Assembly: GCF_947496875.1 (NCBI RefSeq)
Contig: NZ_CANMEH010000001.1
Coordinates: 251,663 to 315,662 of the forward strand
Source: an uncultured Paracoccus sp.
GTDB lineage: Bacteria; Pseudomonadota; Alphaproteobacteria; Rhodobacterales; Rhodobacteraceae
Direction of reading: 5' to 3'
Length of the DNA stretch: 64,000 nucleotides
Shown here: positions 9,553 to 18,779 of the stretch, in pieces
Layout of the letters: every line of letters begins with the position of its first letter
Numbering within the stretch: position 1 is the first letter of the stretch
Program-made: the position numbers and the translations under genes
Notes under the pieces: generated by a model
Told to the model about the DNA's origin: nothing
Seen by the model: the letters and a program-made list of their open reading frames with translations, nothing else
Database searches by the model: none

Positions 9553-10721
9553 CAATATGGCAGCCCCACATAGTTTTCGGCAAAGGCCCGCTGCTGCGCT
9601 TCGTTGTCGCGCAGGAACGAGATCTCGGCCGCCTGCATCTTCAGGTCGAACTCGCTCTGGTAAGGATAGCGGTGAAGCAGCGAGCTGAACCACCAGGAAA
9701 ACCGCTCGGCCTTCCAGACCCGCAGCAGGGCGCGCTCGGAATAGCGGTCAAGCGCGTCGTCGTCGCCGTCCCGGTAATGATCGCGCAACCCGTGATACAG
9801 GTAATGGACGTCGGACGCCGCGGTGTTCAGCCCCTTGGCGCCGGTGGGTGGCACGATGTGGGCGGCATCGCCGCACAGGAACAGGCGGCCCCAGCGCATC
9901 GGCTCGGTCACGAAGGACCGCAGCGGCGCGATCGACTTCTCGATCGCCGGCCCGGTCACCAGCCGCTCGGCCGCCTCGTGCGGGATGCGCCGCTTCAGTT
10001 CCTGCCAGAAGGCCGCGTCGGTCCAGTCCTGCGGATGATCGCTGAGCGCGCACTGGATGTAATAGCGCGACAGGTTGCGGTTGCGCATCGAACACAGCGC
10101 AAAGCCGCGTGGCGAACTGGCATAGATCAGCTCGTCATCGACCGGCGGGGTCTCGGACAGCACCCCCAGCCAGCCGAACGGATAGGTCTTCTCGTATTCC
10201 CGACGCACGCTCAGGGGAATGGTTTCCCGACTGACCCCGTGGAACCCGTCGCACCCGGCCACAAAGTCGCAGTCGATCCGCACCGGCGCGCCATGCACCG
10301 ACAGGGTGACATGCGGGTGTGCGCTGTCGGCATCGTGGATCACCACCTGTTCCGCCTCGAACAGGATCGGCGCGCCAGCCGCGCGGCGTGCGTCGTACAG
10401 ATCACGCGTCAGCTCGGTCTGCCCGTAGACGATCACCGGCTTGCCCGTCAGCGCGCGGAAATCGACGTGGAACATGTCACCCGCGAACGCGATCCGGGTG
10501 CCGTCATGGACGAAGCCTTCGGCATGCAGACGATCGGCGACGCCGGCCTGTTCCATCAGGTGGACCAGCCCGGTCTCCAGGACCCCCGCGCGGATCCGGC
10601 CCAGCACATGGTCCCGGGTCTTGCGTTCGACCACGACGCTGTCGATCCCCTGACGGTGGAGCAACTGCCCCAGCAGCAGACCCGACGGCCCGCCGCCGAT
10701 GATGGCGACCTGTGTACGCAT
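9552..10721 (-). CDS. pobA: 4-hydroxybenzoate 3-monooxygenase
   Basis: MRTQVAIIGGGPSGLLLGQLL.. FAD fingerprint, CDGFHGVSR, LFLCGDAAHIVPPTGAKGLN. Full-length PobA-like protein. Confidence 0.93.
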   Translation of the reverse strand: MRTQVAIIGGGPSGLLLGQLLHRQGIDSVVVERKTRDHVLGRIRAGVLETGLVHLMEQAGVADRLHAEGFVHDGTRIAFAGDMFHVDFRALTGKPVIVYGQTELTRDLYDARRAAGAPILFEAEQVVIHDADSAHPHVTLSVHGAPVRIDCDFVAGCDGFHGVSRETIPLSVRREYEKTYPFGWLGVLSETPPVDDELIYASSPRGFALCSMRNRNLSRYYIQCALSDHPQDWTDAAFWQELKRRIPHEAAERLVTGPAIEKSIAPLRSFVTEPMRWGRLFLCGDAAHIVPPTGAKGLNTAASDVHYLYHGLRDHYRDGDDDALDRYSERALLRVWKAERFSWWFSSLLHRYPYQSEFDLKMQAAEISFLRDNEAQQRAFAENYVGLPY

Positions 10722-11047
10722 GTGCCCCCTGTGACGGTGAAAGGATGGGACATGGACTCCAGCAGGTAAAGGAAATTAGCGGGCCTGATACGTGACTGTT
10801 GAGGCAGGTCGTGAGGACCATACCGGAGCCCGGCGCCCGCTTTCGGGCTTGGAGGAGTTCGCCTGCGCAGCATTGCAGGCGGGCGCGTTGCCAACGAGAT
10901 CGCCGCCGCACGGACGGTGGGCTGCCGATTGGCATCGTCTCTGCGCATGCCGGTGACAGACCCAACTGGACCGACGATCGGCCACCCCGAACCGCCGAGG
11001 GCGTTGAAGGTTCGACGATCTGCCCTCGCGACAGCCCGCACGGCCGA

Positions 11048-12454
11048 TCAGGCGCGGGGCACCGGCGATGTGTCGGGCGGCTCCTCTACGGCCTCGGCGG
11101 TCAGCACCGTGGCGTCGGCCGAGTCCGCGGCGTGGTCGCCGGCCTCGACGATGTCGCGGGCGCTGTCCTCGTCCTCGTCCTCCAGCGCCGGGGGGGCTTC
11201 GCCCGCCAAAAAATTCCCCAACTTCTCCATGCCGGGGATGTGTTCGCACAGCACCCGCACGACCACGAGCACGGGAACCGCCACGACCATCCCCAGCACC
11301 GACCACAGCCACGCCCAGAGGGCAACCGTGGCGAACACCACCACCTGGTTCAGCCGCAGGCGGTTCGAGACGAAAAGCGGAGTGACGAACTGCCCTTCCA
11401 GCGAGGTCAGCGCCAGGAAGGTCAGGCCGATCATCATCGGATACCACAAGTCGTCATAGACCAGCAGCGCCACCACGGCGCCGGTCACGGTGCCCAGCAT
11501 CGCGCCGATGTAGGGGATGTAGTTGAGCACGAATCCCGCGATTCCCCACAGCAGCGGGTTCGGCATGCCCCAGGCCCACATCGCCAGTCCGATCGCGACG
11601 CCCAGGCCCAGATTGATGATCGTGATCGAGCCGAGATACCGGCCCAGGCTGTCCTCGATCTCGCGCAGCGCCAGGTAGGCGTGGCGCTTGTCCTTCATCG
11701 AGTCGAAGCTTTGCACGATCTTCAGGTACATCAGGTCGCCGGAGCTGAGGAGGAAGAACAGCAGCACCAGCGTGAAGACGATCTGGCTGATGATCTCGGG
11801 GCCCAGCGTCACCAGCTGCTGCATCGTGGTGGGGCCCGCCGTAGCATCGACCTTGACCTCGATGTCCTGCTCGGTCCGTACCGTGCCGTCCGGCTCGGGG
11901 ACTGCCGGGGTGGTCGTCATGGTTGCCGAGGCAGCAGGACCGTCGGAGGTCTCGACCACCGTCGTCGCGGCGTCGTTGGTGGTGACGCGGGTTGCGGGGG
12001 CGTCCTCGCCATCCTTCGTATCGCCATCGGCAAGCTCGTCGATCTTGGCGGCCGCTTCCTCGATCCCGCGGAAATTCTCGCGGATCGCCTGCATCCGCTC
12101 CTCGAGCCGCGCACCGATCTGGTCGCTGCTCTGGACCAGTGACCCGATCGGACCCGAGATGGCATAGCCCAGGCTGATCACCGTCAGCAGCAGCCCGAAG
12201 GTGACGATCACCGCCGCACCGGACGGTCCGATCCCGACCCGTGACAACAGTCGCCGGAACGGCACGAACACGAAGAACAGCAGCAGCGCCAGCGTCGCAG
12301 GCATCAGAAACGCCCGCGCCTCGGCCAGAAAGCCGAAGGCCAGGATCACGAAGATGCCGACAACCGCCCAGCGGGGAACCGACGGCCGCGCCCGCGACCT
12401 GTCGGGCGATCTCCCGGGAAACAGTGAAACCGCCTTGTCTTCGCTCCGCGCCAC
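11048..12454 (-). CDS. AI-2E family (PerM/UPF0118) transporter with a long internal hydrophilic insert and an acidic C-terminal tail
   Basis: Multi-TM protein with a C-terminal core (..GIAGFVLNYIPYIGAMLGTV..LEGQFVTPLFVSNRLRLNQVVVF..) typical of AI-2E. The start (GTG 12454) is uncertain. Confidence 0.75.
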   Translation of the reverse strand: MARSEDKAVSLFPGRSPDRSRARPSVPRWAVVGIFVILAFGFLAEARAFLMPATLALLLFFVFVPFRRLLSRVGIGPSGAAVIVTFGLLLTVISLGYAISGPIGSLVQSSDQIGARLEERMQAIRENFRGIEEAAAKIDELADGDTKDGEDAPATRVTTNDAATTVVETSDGPAASATMTTTPAVPEPDGTVRTEQDIEVKVDATAGPTTMQQLVTLGPEIISQIVFTLVLLFFLLSSGDLMYLKIVQSFDSMKDKRHAYLALREIEDSLGRYLGSITIINLGLGVAIGLAMWAWGMPNPLLWGIAGFVLNYIPYIGAMLGTVTGAVVALLVYDDLWYPMMIGLTFLALTSLEGQFVTPLFVSNRLRLNQVVVFATVALWAWLWSVLGMVVAVPVLVVVRVLCEHIPGMEKLGNFLAGEAPPALEDEDEDSARDIVEAGDHAADSADATVLTAEAVEEPPDTSPVPRA

Positions 12455-12555
12455 GCCGCCATCTTCCGTGCTGTCCGTTGGCGCCGAACGGGCAGGAGGC
12501 AGCGGGGTTCCCGTCCTGCGCCTACAAGTTTAACTGAACGCTGCGCGAAATCCGG

Positions 12556-13788
12556 TCAGATCGGGTGGTCGCCCCTGGCGTCGATGACGCGACTGGGCAG
12601 CCCCATCTCGCCCAGCAGGTCGAGGAACGGACGCGCGGGCAGGTCCTCGACATTGACCATGCGCTTCACGTCCCAGGTGCCGCGTGCGATCAGGATGGCC
12701 GCGGCGACGGGCGGCACGCCGGCGGTATAGCTGATCCCCTGGCTGCCGACCTCGTCGAAGGCATCCCGGTGGTCCGCGACGTTGTAGATGAAGACCTCGG
12801 CCGGCTGCCCGTCCCTGGTCCCCTTGACCAGATCGCCGATGCAGGTCTTGCCGGTATAGTCCGCGGCCAGGCTGGCCGGATCGGGCAGAACCGCCTTGAC
12901 GACCTTCAGCGGCACGACGCTCTGGCCTTCGGCGGTCGTCACGGGATGCTCTGACAGGAGGCCCAGCGACTTCAGCACCGTGAACACGTTGATGTAGTGC
13001 GGGCCGAACCCCATCCAGAACCGGACATCGGCCTGGCTGTAGCGGGCCGACAGGCTGTGGATCTCGTCATGCCCGGACAGATAGGCGGTCTGGGTCCCGA
13101 CCACCGGCAGGTCCCACTGGCGGCCGACCTCGAACATCCGGTTTTCCTGCCACGCGCCGTCCTGCCAGGAATAGACGGTCCCGGTGAACTCGCGGAAATT
13201 GATCTCGGGGTCGAAATTCGTGGCGAAGTAGCGGCCGTGACTGCCTGCGTTGATGTCGACGATGTCGATCGAGGTGATCTCGTCGAAATACTCGTCCTCG
13301 GCCAGACGGGCATAGGCATTGACGACGCCGGGATCGAAGCCTGCCCCCAGGATCGCCGTCACGCCCGCCCTTTCGCAGGCCTCGCGCCGCTTCCATTCAT
13401 GGTTGGCGTACCAGGGCGGCGTTTCGCAGATCTTGTCCGGCTCTTCGTGGATCGCGGTGTCGATATAGGCCGCACCCGTGTCGATGCAGGCGGCGAGAAC
13501 CGACATGTTGATGAAGGGCGAGCCGACATTGATGACGATCCGGGCCCCGATCTGGCGGATCAGCCCGATCAGCGCGTCCGTGTCGGTCGCGTCCAGCGCA
13601 TGGGTGGTGATGGTCAGGCCCTGCGCCCGTCCCTTGTCGCGGATGCTATCGACGATGGCGTCGGCCTTGTCCCGGGTCCGGCTGGCCATGTGGACGTCGC
13701 CGAATTCGGCCGACCACTGCGCCACCTTGTGGGCGGTCACCTGGGCGACGCCCCCGGCACCGATGATGAGGACGTTGGGCTTTTCCAC
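12556..13788 (-). CDS. Carboxynorspermidine/carboxyspermidine dehydrogenase (saccharopine dehydrogenase family)
   Basis: GTG start. NVLIIGAGGVAQV Rossmann motif; ..YIDTAIHEEPDKICETPPWYANHEWKRREACERAGVTAILGAGFDPGVVNAY... Lies directly downstream of nspC. Confidence 0.85.
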   Translation of the reverse strand: MEKPNVLIIGAGGVAQVTAHKVAQWSAEFGDVHMASRTRDKADAIVDSIRDKGRAQGLTITTHALDATDTDALIGLIRQIGARIVINVGSPFINMSVLAACIDTGAAYIDTAIHEEPDKICETPPWYANHEWKRREACERAGVTAILGAGFDPGVVNAYARLAEDEYFDEITSIDIVDINAGSHGRYFATNFDPEINFREFTGTVYSWQDGAWQENRMFEVGRQWDLPVVGTQTAYLSGHDEIHSLSARYSQADVRFWMGFGPHYINVFTVLKSLGLLSEHPVTTAEGQSVVPLKVVKAVLPDPASLAADYTGKTCIGDLVKGTRDGQPAEVFIYNVADHRDAFDEVGSQGISYTAGVPPVAAAILIARGTWDVKRMVNVEDLPARPFLDLLGEMGLPSRVIDARGDHPI

Positions 13789-13804
13789 CGCAGCGGTCTC
13801 CTTC

Positions 13805-13863
13805 TTCTCAGGGCAAGTCTGGCTTTTCAGGGCAGGTCCGGGCTTTTCAGGGCCGGTCTGGAC
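13805..13863 (-). repeat. Three tandem ~20-nt repeats filling the nspC / dehydrogenase intercistronic spacer
   Basis: Plus-strand copies ttctcagggcaagtctggc (13805-13823), ttttcagggcaggtccgggc (13824-13843) and ttttcagggccggtctggac (13844-13863). The mRNA-sense unit is GYCNGGACYKGCCCUGARAA. Confidence 0.85.
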
Positions 13864-13866
13864 GGA

Positions 13867-14967
13867 TCAGGACAGCGCGTCCCGGTAGTCATCATAGCCG
13901 AAGGTGCGCAGCGTGCGGATGGTCCCGTCCTGTTCGCGGACGCAGATCGCCGGCATCGCGACCCCGTTGAACCAGTTCTTCTTGACCATCGTATAGCCGC
14001 CCGCATCCTCGATGCTGATCCGGTCGCCGATGTGCAGCGGCCGCGCGAATCGCGCGTCGCCGAAGACATCGCCCGCCAGGCAGGATTTTCCGGCGATCTG
14101 ATAGGCGTGGGCGCCGGTCTGCGGCAGCCGCGCGTCCTGGCGGTAGATTAGCAGGTCCAGCATGTGCGCCTCGATGCTGGAATCGACGATCGCGACCTCC
14201 TTGCCGTTGTTCAGGATGTCCAGCACCGTCACCTCCAGCGTGGTGGTGCCGGTGATCGACGCCTCGCCGGGCTCCAGGTAGACCTGCACCCCGAACCGGT
14301 CCGCGAACCGCGCCAGCCGGTCGGCCAGATCGTCCAGCGGATAGCCGTCGCCGGTGAAATGGATGCCGCCGCCCAGACTGACCCAGTCGAGCCGTTCCAG
14401 GACCGCGCCGAACTCGGACTCGATCCGGTCGAGCTGGGCGCCGAACAGGTCGAAATCGGCGTTCTCGCAGTTGTAGTGGATCATCACCCCGTTGATACGG
14501 TCCATCGCCCGTTCCAGCCGGCTCAGATCCCATTCCCCCAGCCGGGAAAAGGGCCGGGCGGGGTCGGCCAGGTCGAAGCCGCTGGTCGAGAAGCGGGGAT
14601 TGAGCCGCAGGCCGCGGGCGATGCCCGAGGCCCGGTCCGCGAACTGGTCCAGCTGCCCCAGGCTGTTGAAGATGATCTTGTCGGCATAGCCCACCGCCTC
14701 GTCGATCTCGTGATCGGCCCAGGCGACCGAATAGGCGTGGGTTTCGCCCCCGAACTTTTCGCGCCCCAGCCGCAGCTCGTTCAACGAGGACGAGGTGGTG
14801 CCGTCCATGAACCGGGCCATCTGGTCGAACACGCCCCAGGTCGCAAAGCACTTGAGCGCCAGCAGGGTCTGCGCGCCCGACCGCTCGCGCAGGCGCACCA
14901 TCTTGTCCATGTTGGCCTGCAACCGGTCCCGGTCGATCAGGTAGAACGGGGTCTGCGGGTCGGACAT
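13867..14967 (-). CDS. nspC: Carboxynorspermidine/carboxyspermidine decarboxylase
   Basis: Start ATG 14967 (MSDPQTPFYLIDRDRLQANMDKM..). PLP fold-III decarboxylase motifs LALKCFATWGVF and YLEPGEA. ORF 13867..15387 is over-extended. Confidence 0.88.
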   Translation of the reverse strand: MSDPQTPFYLIDRDRLQANMDKMVRLRERSGAQTLLALKCFATWGVFDQMARFMDGTTSSSLNELRLGREKFGGETHAYSVAWADHEIDEAVGYADKIIFNSLGQLDQFADRASGIARGLRLNPRFSTSGFDLADPARPFSRLGEWDLSRLERAMDRINGVMIHYNCENADFDLFGAQLDRIESEFGAVLERLDWVSLGGGIHFTGDGYPLDDLADRLARFADRFGVQVYLEPGEASITGTTTLEVTVLDILNNGKEVAIVDSSIEAHMLDLLIYRQDARLPQTGAHAYQIAGKSCLAGDVFGDARFARPLHIGDRISIEDAGGYTMVKKNWFNGVAMPAICVREQDGTIRTLRTFGYDDYRDALS

Positions 14968-15171
14968 GGGCGAAGCCTCGGGCAGGCAAGGGAAAGTCGC
15001 GATATAGGGGCGGCGCACCGGTGCCGCAAGCAATCCTGTCCGCGCCGCGCCGGCGGGGCCGTGCGACAGGGGCCTGCACCGGCGATGATCGCTGCGTCGC
15101 GCGCGACGCCACGCTCTGGACCCTCGCGTACCCCGACCCCATGTTGCACCCCACGCAACAAGGAGAGACCC

Positions 15172-15432
15172 ATGACGGCCCGTGTCGAGATCTATGCCAC
15201 CCAGAGCTGCCCCTATTGCTACCGCGCGCGCGGCCTGCTGGACCGCAAGGGCGTGCAGTACGAGCTGATCGACGTCGGCCGGGCTCCGGAACGGCGGGCC
15301 GAGATGACCCAGCGCGCCAATGGCCGCCGCACGGTCCCGCAGATCTTCATCGACGGACAGTCGATGGGCGGGTCGGACGAGATCCATGCCCTAGATCGCG
15401 CCGGCAAGCTGGATCCGCTGCTGGGCCTCTAG
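15172..15432 (+). CDS. grxC: Glutaredoxin 3
   Basis: 86 aa. VEIYATQSCPYCYRARGLLDRKGV..TVPQIFIDGQSMGGSDE. AGGAGA SD upstream. Confidence 0.9.
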   Translation: MTARVEIYATQSCPYCYRARGLLDRKGVQYELIDVGRAPERRAEMTQRANGRRTVPQIFIDGQSMGGSDEIHALDRAGKLDPLLGL

Positions 15433-15435
15433 GCC

Positions 15436-16347
15436 GTGGCACTGCCAGCCGATCCCGCCGGTGGGTCCAGCGTCCTCACGGCCGCGCTGGTCCAGCTCAC
15501 CGTGGGGGACGACCCCGAGGCCAACCTGCCGGTCACGCGCGACCTGGTGTCGGCCGCGGCCGGGCAGGGGGCGCAATTGGTCTGCACCCCCGAGGTGACC
15601 AACCTGCTGACCCCCGATCGCCGTCGCCAGGCAGCGTTGCTGTGCCGTGAGGACGCCGATCCCACGCTGGCCGCGTTGCGCGATGATGCCGCCCGGCTGG
15701 GCGTGTGGCTGTCGATCGGGTCGCTGGCGCTGAAGCCCGACGATCCGGACGACCGGCGCTTCGTGAATCGCAGCTTTCTGATCGGCCCCGCCGGCGACAT
15801 CGTCGCGCGCTACGACAAGATCCACATGTTCGACGTGACCGTCTCGGCCACCGAGAGCTATCGCGAAAGCGCCGCCTTTCGCCCCGGCGACCGCGCGGTT
15901 GTGGCCCGCGGCCCGGTGCCGATAGGCGTCACGATCTGCTACGACGTGCGCTTTGCGCATCTGTATCGCCGTCTGGCCCGGGCCGGCGCCCGGATCCTGA
16001 CGATCCCGGCGGCCTTCAACGACACCACCGGGGCCGCGCACTGGGAGGTGCTGCTGCGCGCCCGCGCCATCGAGACCGGCTGCTTCGTCCTGGCCGCGGC
16101 GCAATGCGGGACCCACCCCGCCCCGCACAGTCCGGACCGGCGACCCCGGCACAGCTACGGCCACTCGATGGCGGTCGCGCCGTGGGGCGAGGTGTTGGCC
16201 GATGGCGGGACCACACCCGGCGTCACCATCGTGCCGCTGGACCTGGGCCGCGTCGACGACGCCCGCCGCCGCGTGCCCGCCTGGCGGCACGATCCGGTGA
16301 TCCACGGACCGGACCTCACCGTGCCCGGCGCGCCGCGGCGCGGATGA
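15436..16347 (+). CDS. Carbon-nitrogen hydrolase (nitrilase superfamily, Nit-like)
   Basis: Motifs for the E-K-C catalytic triad: ..LVCTPEV.., RYDKIHMFD, GVTICYDVRFAHLY. GTG start at 15436. Confidence 0.85.
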   Translation: MALPADPAGGSSVLTAALVQLTVGDDPEANLPVTRDLVSAAAGQGAQLVCTPEVTNLLTPDRRRQAALLCREDADPTLAALRDDAARLGVWLSIGSLALKPDDPDDRRFVNRSFLIGPAGDIVARYDKIHMFDVTVSATESYRESAAFRPGDRAVVARGPVPIGVTICYDVRFAHLYRRLARAGARILTIPAAFNDTTGAAHWEVLLRARAIETGCFVLAAAQCGTHPAPHSPDRRPRHSYGHSMAVAPWGEVLADGGTTPGVTIVPLDLGRVDDARRRVPAWRHDPVIHGPDLTVPGAPRRG

Positions 16348-16793
16348 CCGAGGACGCGGCCACGCGGGCGCTGGCTGCGGCCCTTTTCGCCGAGCTGATG
16401 AACAGCGAGCAGCTGGCGCGCAGCATGGTCACCCGGGTGCTGCCCGGCGGCATGCAGCTGTCGCATTTCTCGGTCCTGAACCTGCTGGCGCATCTGAATG
16501 GCGAACGCACCCCGGCAGAGCTGGCCCGCGCCTTTCACGTCACCCGCGGTGCCATGACCAACACCCTGGCCCGGCTGGAATGGGCGGGCTACGTCCATAT
16601 CCGTCCCGATTGGGACGATGCCCGCCGCAAGTTCGTCGCGATCAGCCCGACCGGGCGGGCGGCACGCGACGCGGCGCTTGCGGCGCTGATGCCGCGCCTC
16701 GCCGGGATCGTGCACGACCTGGGACCGGACGAGGTGCGTGCCGCCCTGCCGGTGCTGCGCCGCCTGCGCGAGCGGCTGGAGGACGAGATCTAG
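16344..16793 (+). CDS. MarR family transcriptional regulator
   Basis: 149 aa with a winged-helix core (LSHFSVLNLLAHLNGERTPAELARAFHVTRGAMTNTLARLEWAGYV). ATGA overlap with the upstream hydrolase. Confidence 0.85.
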   Translation: MTEDAATRALAAALFAELMNSEQLARSMVTRVLPGGMQLSHFSVLNLLAHLNGERTPAELARAFHVTRGAMTNTLARLEWAGYVHIRPDWDDARRKFVAISPTGRAARDAALAALMPRLAGIVHDLGPDEVRAALPVLRRLRERLEDEI

Positions 16794-16812
16794 CCAGGCG
16801 CAGCCCCGTCGG

Positions 16813-17556
16813 TCAGGACCGGATGCCGGTCATGAGATAGTTGACTGACAGGTCCCGCCGGGACAGCGACCAGTCCCAGCGCACCGGGTTGAAGACCATG
16901 CCGGCGCGGTCCACGACCCGTGTGCCGGCTGCGTCGAGCATCGCCGCAAGCTCATCGGGGCGGATGAAGCGGCGCCAGTCATGGGTACCCCGCGGCAACC
17001 AGCGGATCACCCACTCCGCGGCAACAATCGCCGCGGCAAAGCTTTGCGGGGTGCGGTTCAGGGTGGACATGATCAGCATCCCGCCCGGCCGCAGCAGCCG
17101 CGTGCAGGTGGTCGCGAACTCCTGCGGATCGGCCACATGCTCGACGATCTCCAGCGCCAGCACCACGTCGAAGGACAGGTTTTCCGCCAGCAGGGTTTCC
17201 GCCGCGTCGGCGCGATAGTCGATGTCCAGCCCCGACTGATCCGCATGCAGCCGCGCCACCGCGATGTTGCGGTCGGCCGCGTCGGCGCCGGTCACCGTGG
17301 CCCCCAGCCGCGCCATCGGTTCGGTCATCAGCCCGCCGCCACACCCGATATCCAGCAGCCGGATCCCGTCGAACGGCCGGGCCCCGTGCAGGTCGCGCGA
17401 GAATTCGGCCGCGATCTGCCCGGTGACATAGTCCAGCCGGACAGGGTTCAGCATGTGCAGAGGCTTGAACTTGCCGGCCGGGTCCCACCACTCGGCCGCC
17501 ATCTCCTGGAACTTCTGCACCTCGGCGGGATCGATGCTGGACTGCGTGTTCGCCAT
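16813..17556 (-). CDS. ubiG: Bifunctional 3-demethylubiquinol / 2-polyprenyl-6-hydroxyphenol O-methyltransferase
   Basis: MANTQSSIDPAEVQKFQEMAAEWWDPAGKFKPLHMLNPVRLDY.., LLDIGCGGGLMTEPMARLGA SAM motif. Confidence 0.9.
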   Translation of the reverse strand: MANTQSSIDPAEVQKFQEMAAEWWDPAGKFKPLHMLNPVRLDYVTGQIAAEFSRDLHGARPFDGIRLLDIGCGGGLMTEPMARLGATVTGADAADRNIAVARLHADQSGLDIDYRADAAETLLAENLSFDVVLALEIVEHVADPQEFATTCTRLLRPGGMLIMSTLNRTPQSFAAAIVAAEWVIRWLPRGTHDWRRFIRPDELAAMLDAAGTRVVDRAGMVFNPVRWDWSLSRRDLSVNYLMTGIRS

Positions 17557-17592
17557 AGTCTTACCCCTCGGCTGGCCTGTCATGCGGGGACC

Positions 17593-18582
17593 ATGTATAC
17601 CGGCAGCATGGATCGGCCGTCAGGGCAAATCGTTGCACCGTCTTCCCCCGGGCGGCTTCATCCGCTGGTGGAGCCGTTTGCCCGACGGATGATCGCCGTC
17701 GGCGACGGTCATGAACTCTATGTCGAATCCTGCGGCAATCCGCAGGGGCGTCCGGTGATCGTCCTGCATGGCGGGCCGGGCGGCGGCTGCAGCCCGCTGA
17801 TGCGCCGCTTCTTCGATCCGGACCACTGGCATGTCGTCCTGTTCGACCAGCGAGGCTGCGGACGCTCGCGGCCCCATGCCGAGGTGACGGCGAACACCAC
17901 GGCGCACCTGATCGCCGACATCAACCGGATCATGGACGAGCTGGGTCTCGGCCCAGCCGCCCTGTTCGGCGGCAGCTGGGGGGCGGCGCTGGCGCTGGCG
18001 TTCGCACAGGCGGCGCCCGATCGGGTCAGCGCCCTGGTGCTGCGCGGCGTCTTCCTGGGCCGGCAGGAGGAACTCGACTGGTTCTACGGCGGCGGGGCAG
18101 GGCGGTTCTGGCCCGAGCTATGGGCCCGGTTCCGCGAAGCCATTCCCGAGGACGAGCGGGGCGACCTGATCGCCGCCTACAACCGGCGACTGTTCAGCGG
18201 CGACCGGGCGACGGAAACCCGGTTCGCGATCCCGTGGCTGGCCTGGGAAAACGCGCTGGCCGGTCTGGACAACCCGACCACCTGCAGCGCGCCGCCGGAT
18301 TATGCCCGTGCATTCGCGCGGCTGGAAAACCACTATTTCGCCCATGGCTGCTTTCTGGACGAAGGTCAGTTGCTGGCCGGACGCGACCGGATCGAGCATC
18401 TGCCCGCCGTCATCGTGCAGGGACGCTATGACATGGTCTGCCCGCCGAAGGCCGCGCATGAGCTGGCGAAGGGCTGGCCCCGCTGCGACCTGCGCATGGT
18501 CCCCGCGTCGGGCCACGCGCTGAACGAGCCGCGGATCATGGCCGAGTTGGTCCGGGTGGTGGACCAGATGGCGTCGAGCTAG
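17593..18582 (+). CDS. pip: Prolyl aminopeptidase (proline iminopeptidase)
   Basis: ..LYVESCGNPQGRPVIVLHGGPGGGCS..FDQRGCGRSRPH..GGSWGAALALAFAQ... Start is ATG 17593 or 17608. ORF 16981..18582 is over-extended. Confidence 0.85.
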   Translation: MYTGSMDRPSGQIVAPSSPGRLHPLVEPFARRMIAVGDGHELYVESCGNPQGRPVIVLHGGPGGGCSPLMRRFFDPDHWHVVLFDQRGCGRSRPHAEVTANTTAHLIADINRIMDELGLGPAALFGGSWGAALALAFAQAAPDRVSALVLRGVFLGRQEELDWFYGGGAGRFWPELWARFREAIPEDERGDLIAAYNRRLFSGDRATETRFAIPWLAWENALAGLDNPTTCSAPPDYARAFARLENHYFAHGCFLDEGQLLAGRDRIEHLPAVIVQGRYDMVCPPKAAHELAKGWPRCDLRMVPASGHALNEPRIMAELVRVVDQMASS

Positions 18583-18655
18583 GCGAAATCATCGGGCACC
18601 GGCGTCGTGCAATGGCGATGGTTCGTTCGCATTCCTGTTGCACCTGAATGAGACC

Positions 18656-18684
18656 TTGCAAAGGTCGAGGGGCAGGTCTATGTG
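18656..18684 (+). promoter_or_regulatory. Candidate sigma-70 promoter for the rimP-nusA-infB operon (TTGCAA-N17-TATGTG)
   Basis: TTGCAA at 18656-18661, a 17-nt spacer, then TATGTG at 18679-18684. Motif match only. Confidence 0.3.
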
Positions 18685-18738
18685 ACCTCGTGACAGCGGC
18701 GCAGGCTTCCACCCCCTGCCCATCCGACGAACGACGCA

Positions 18739-18761
18739 CGGGCCGCTACGGGCCCGTTTTT
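18739..18761 (+). terminator. Intrinsic terminator hairpin + U-tract 19 nt upstream of the rimP start (leader attenuator or pip terminator)
   Basis: CGGGCC-gctacg-GGCCCG followed by TTTTT (18757-18761). The rimP ATG is at 18780. Confidence 0.55.
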
Positions 18762-18779
18762 CATTTCTAGGATCGGATC

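Noticed and set aside
10722-11047. Possible regulator gene, operator or sRNA in the 326-nt region upstream of pobA (hairpins CGCCTGC-N8-GCAGGCG and GCCCG-cttt-CGGGC).
   Set aside because: There is no ORF with a recognisable domain and no clear LysR (T-N11-A), IclR or AraC-type operator. The hairpins are short and lack U-tracts. It probably just holds the pobA promoter and the AI-2E gene's 3' region.
13805-13863. CRISPR-like array (three ~20-nt direct repeats).
   Set aside because: The repeats are contiguous with no spacers. There are only three copies, they lie inside an operon spacer, and there are no cas genes.
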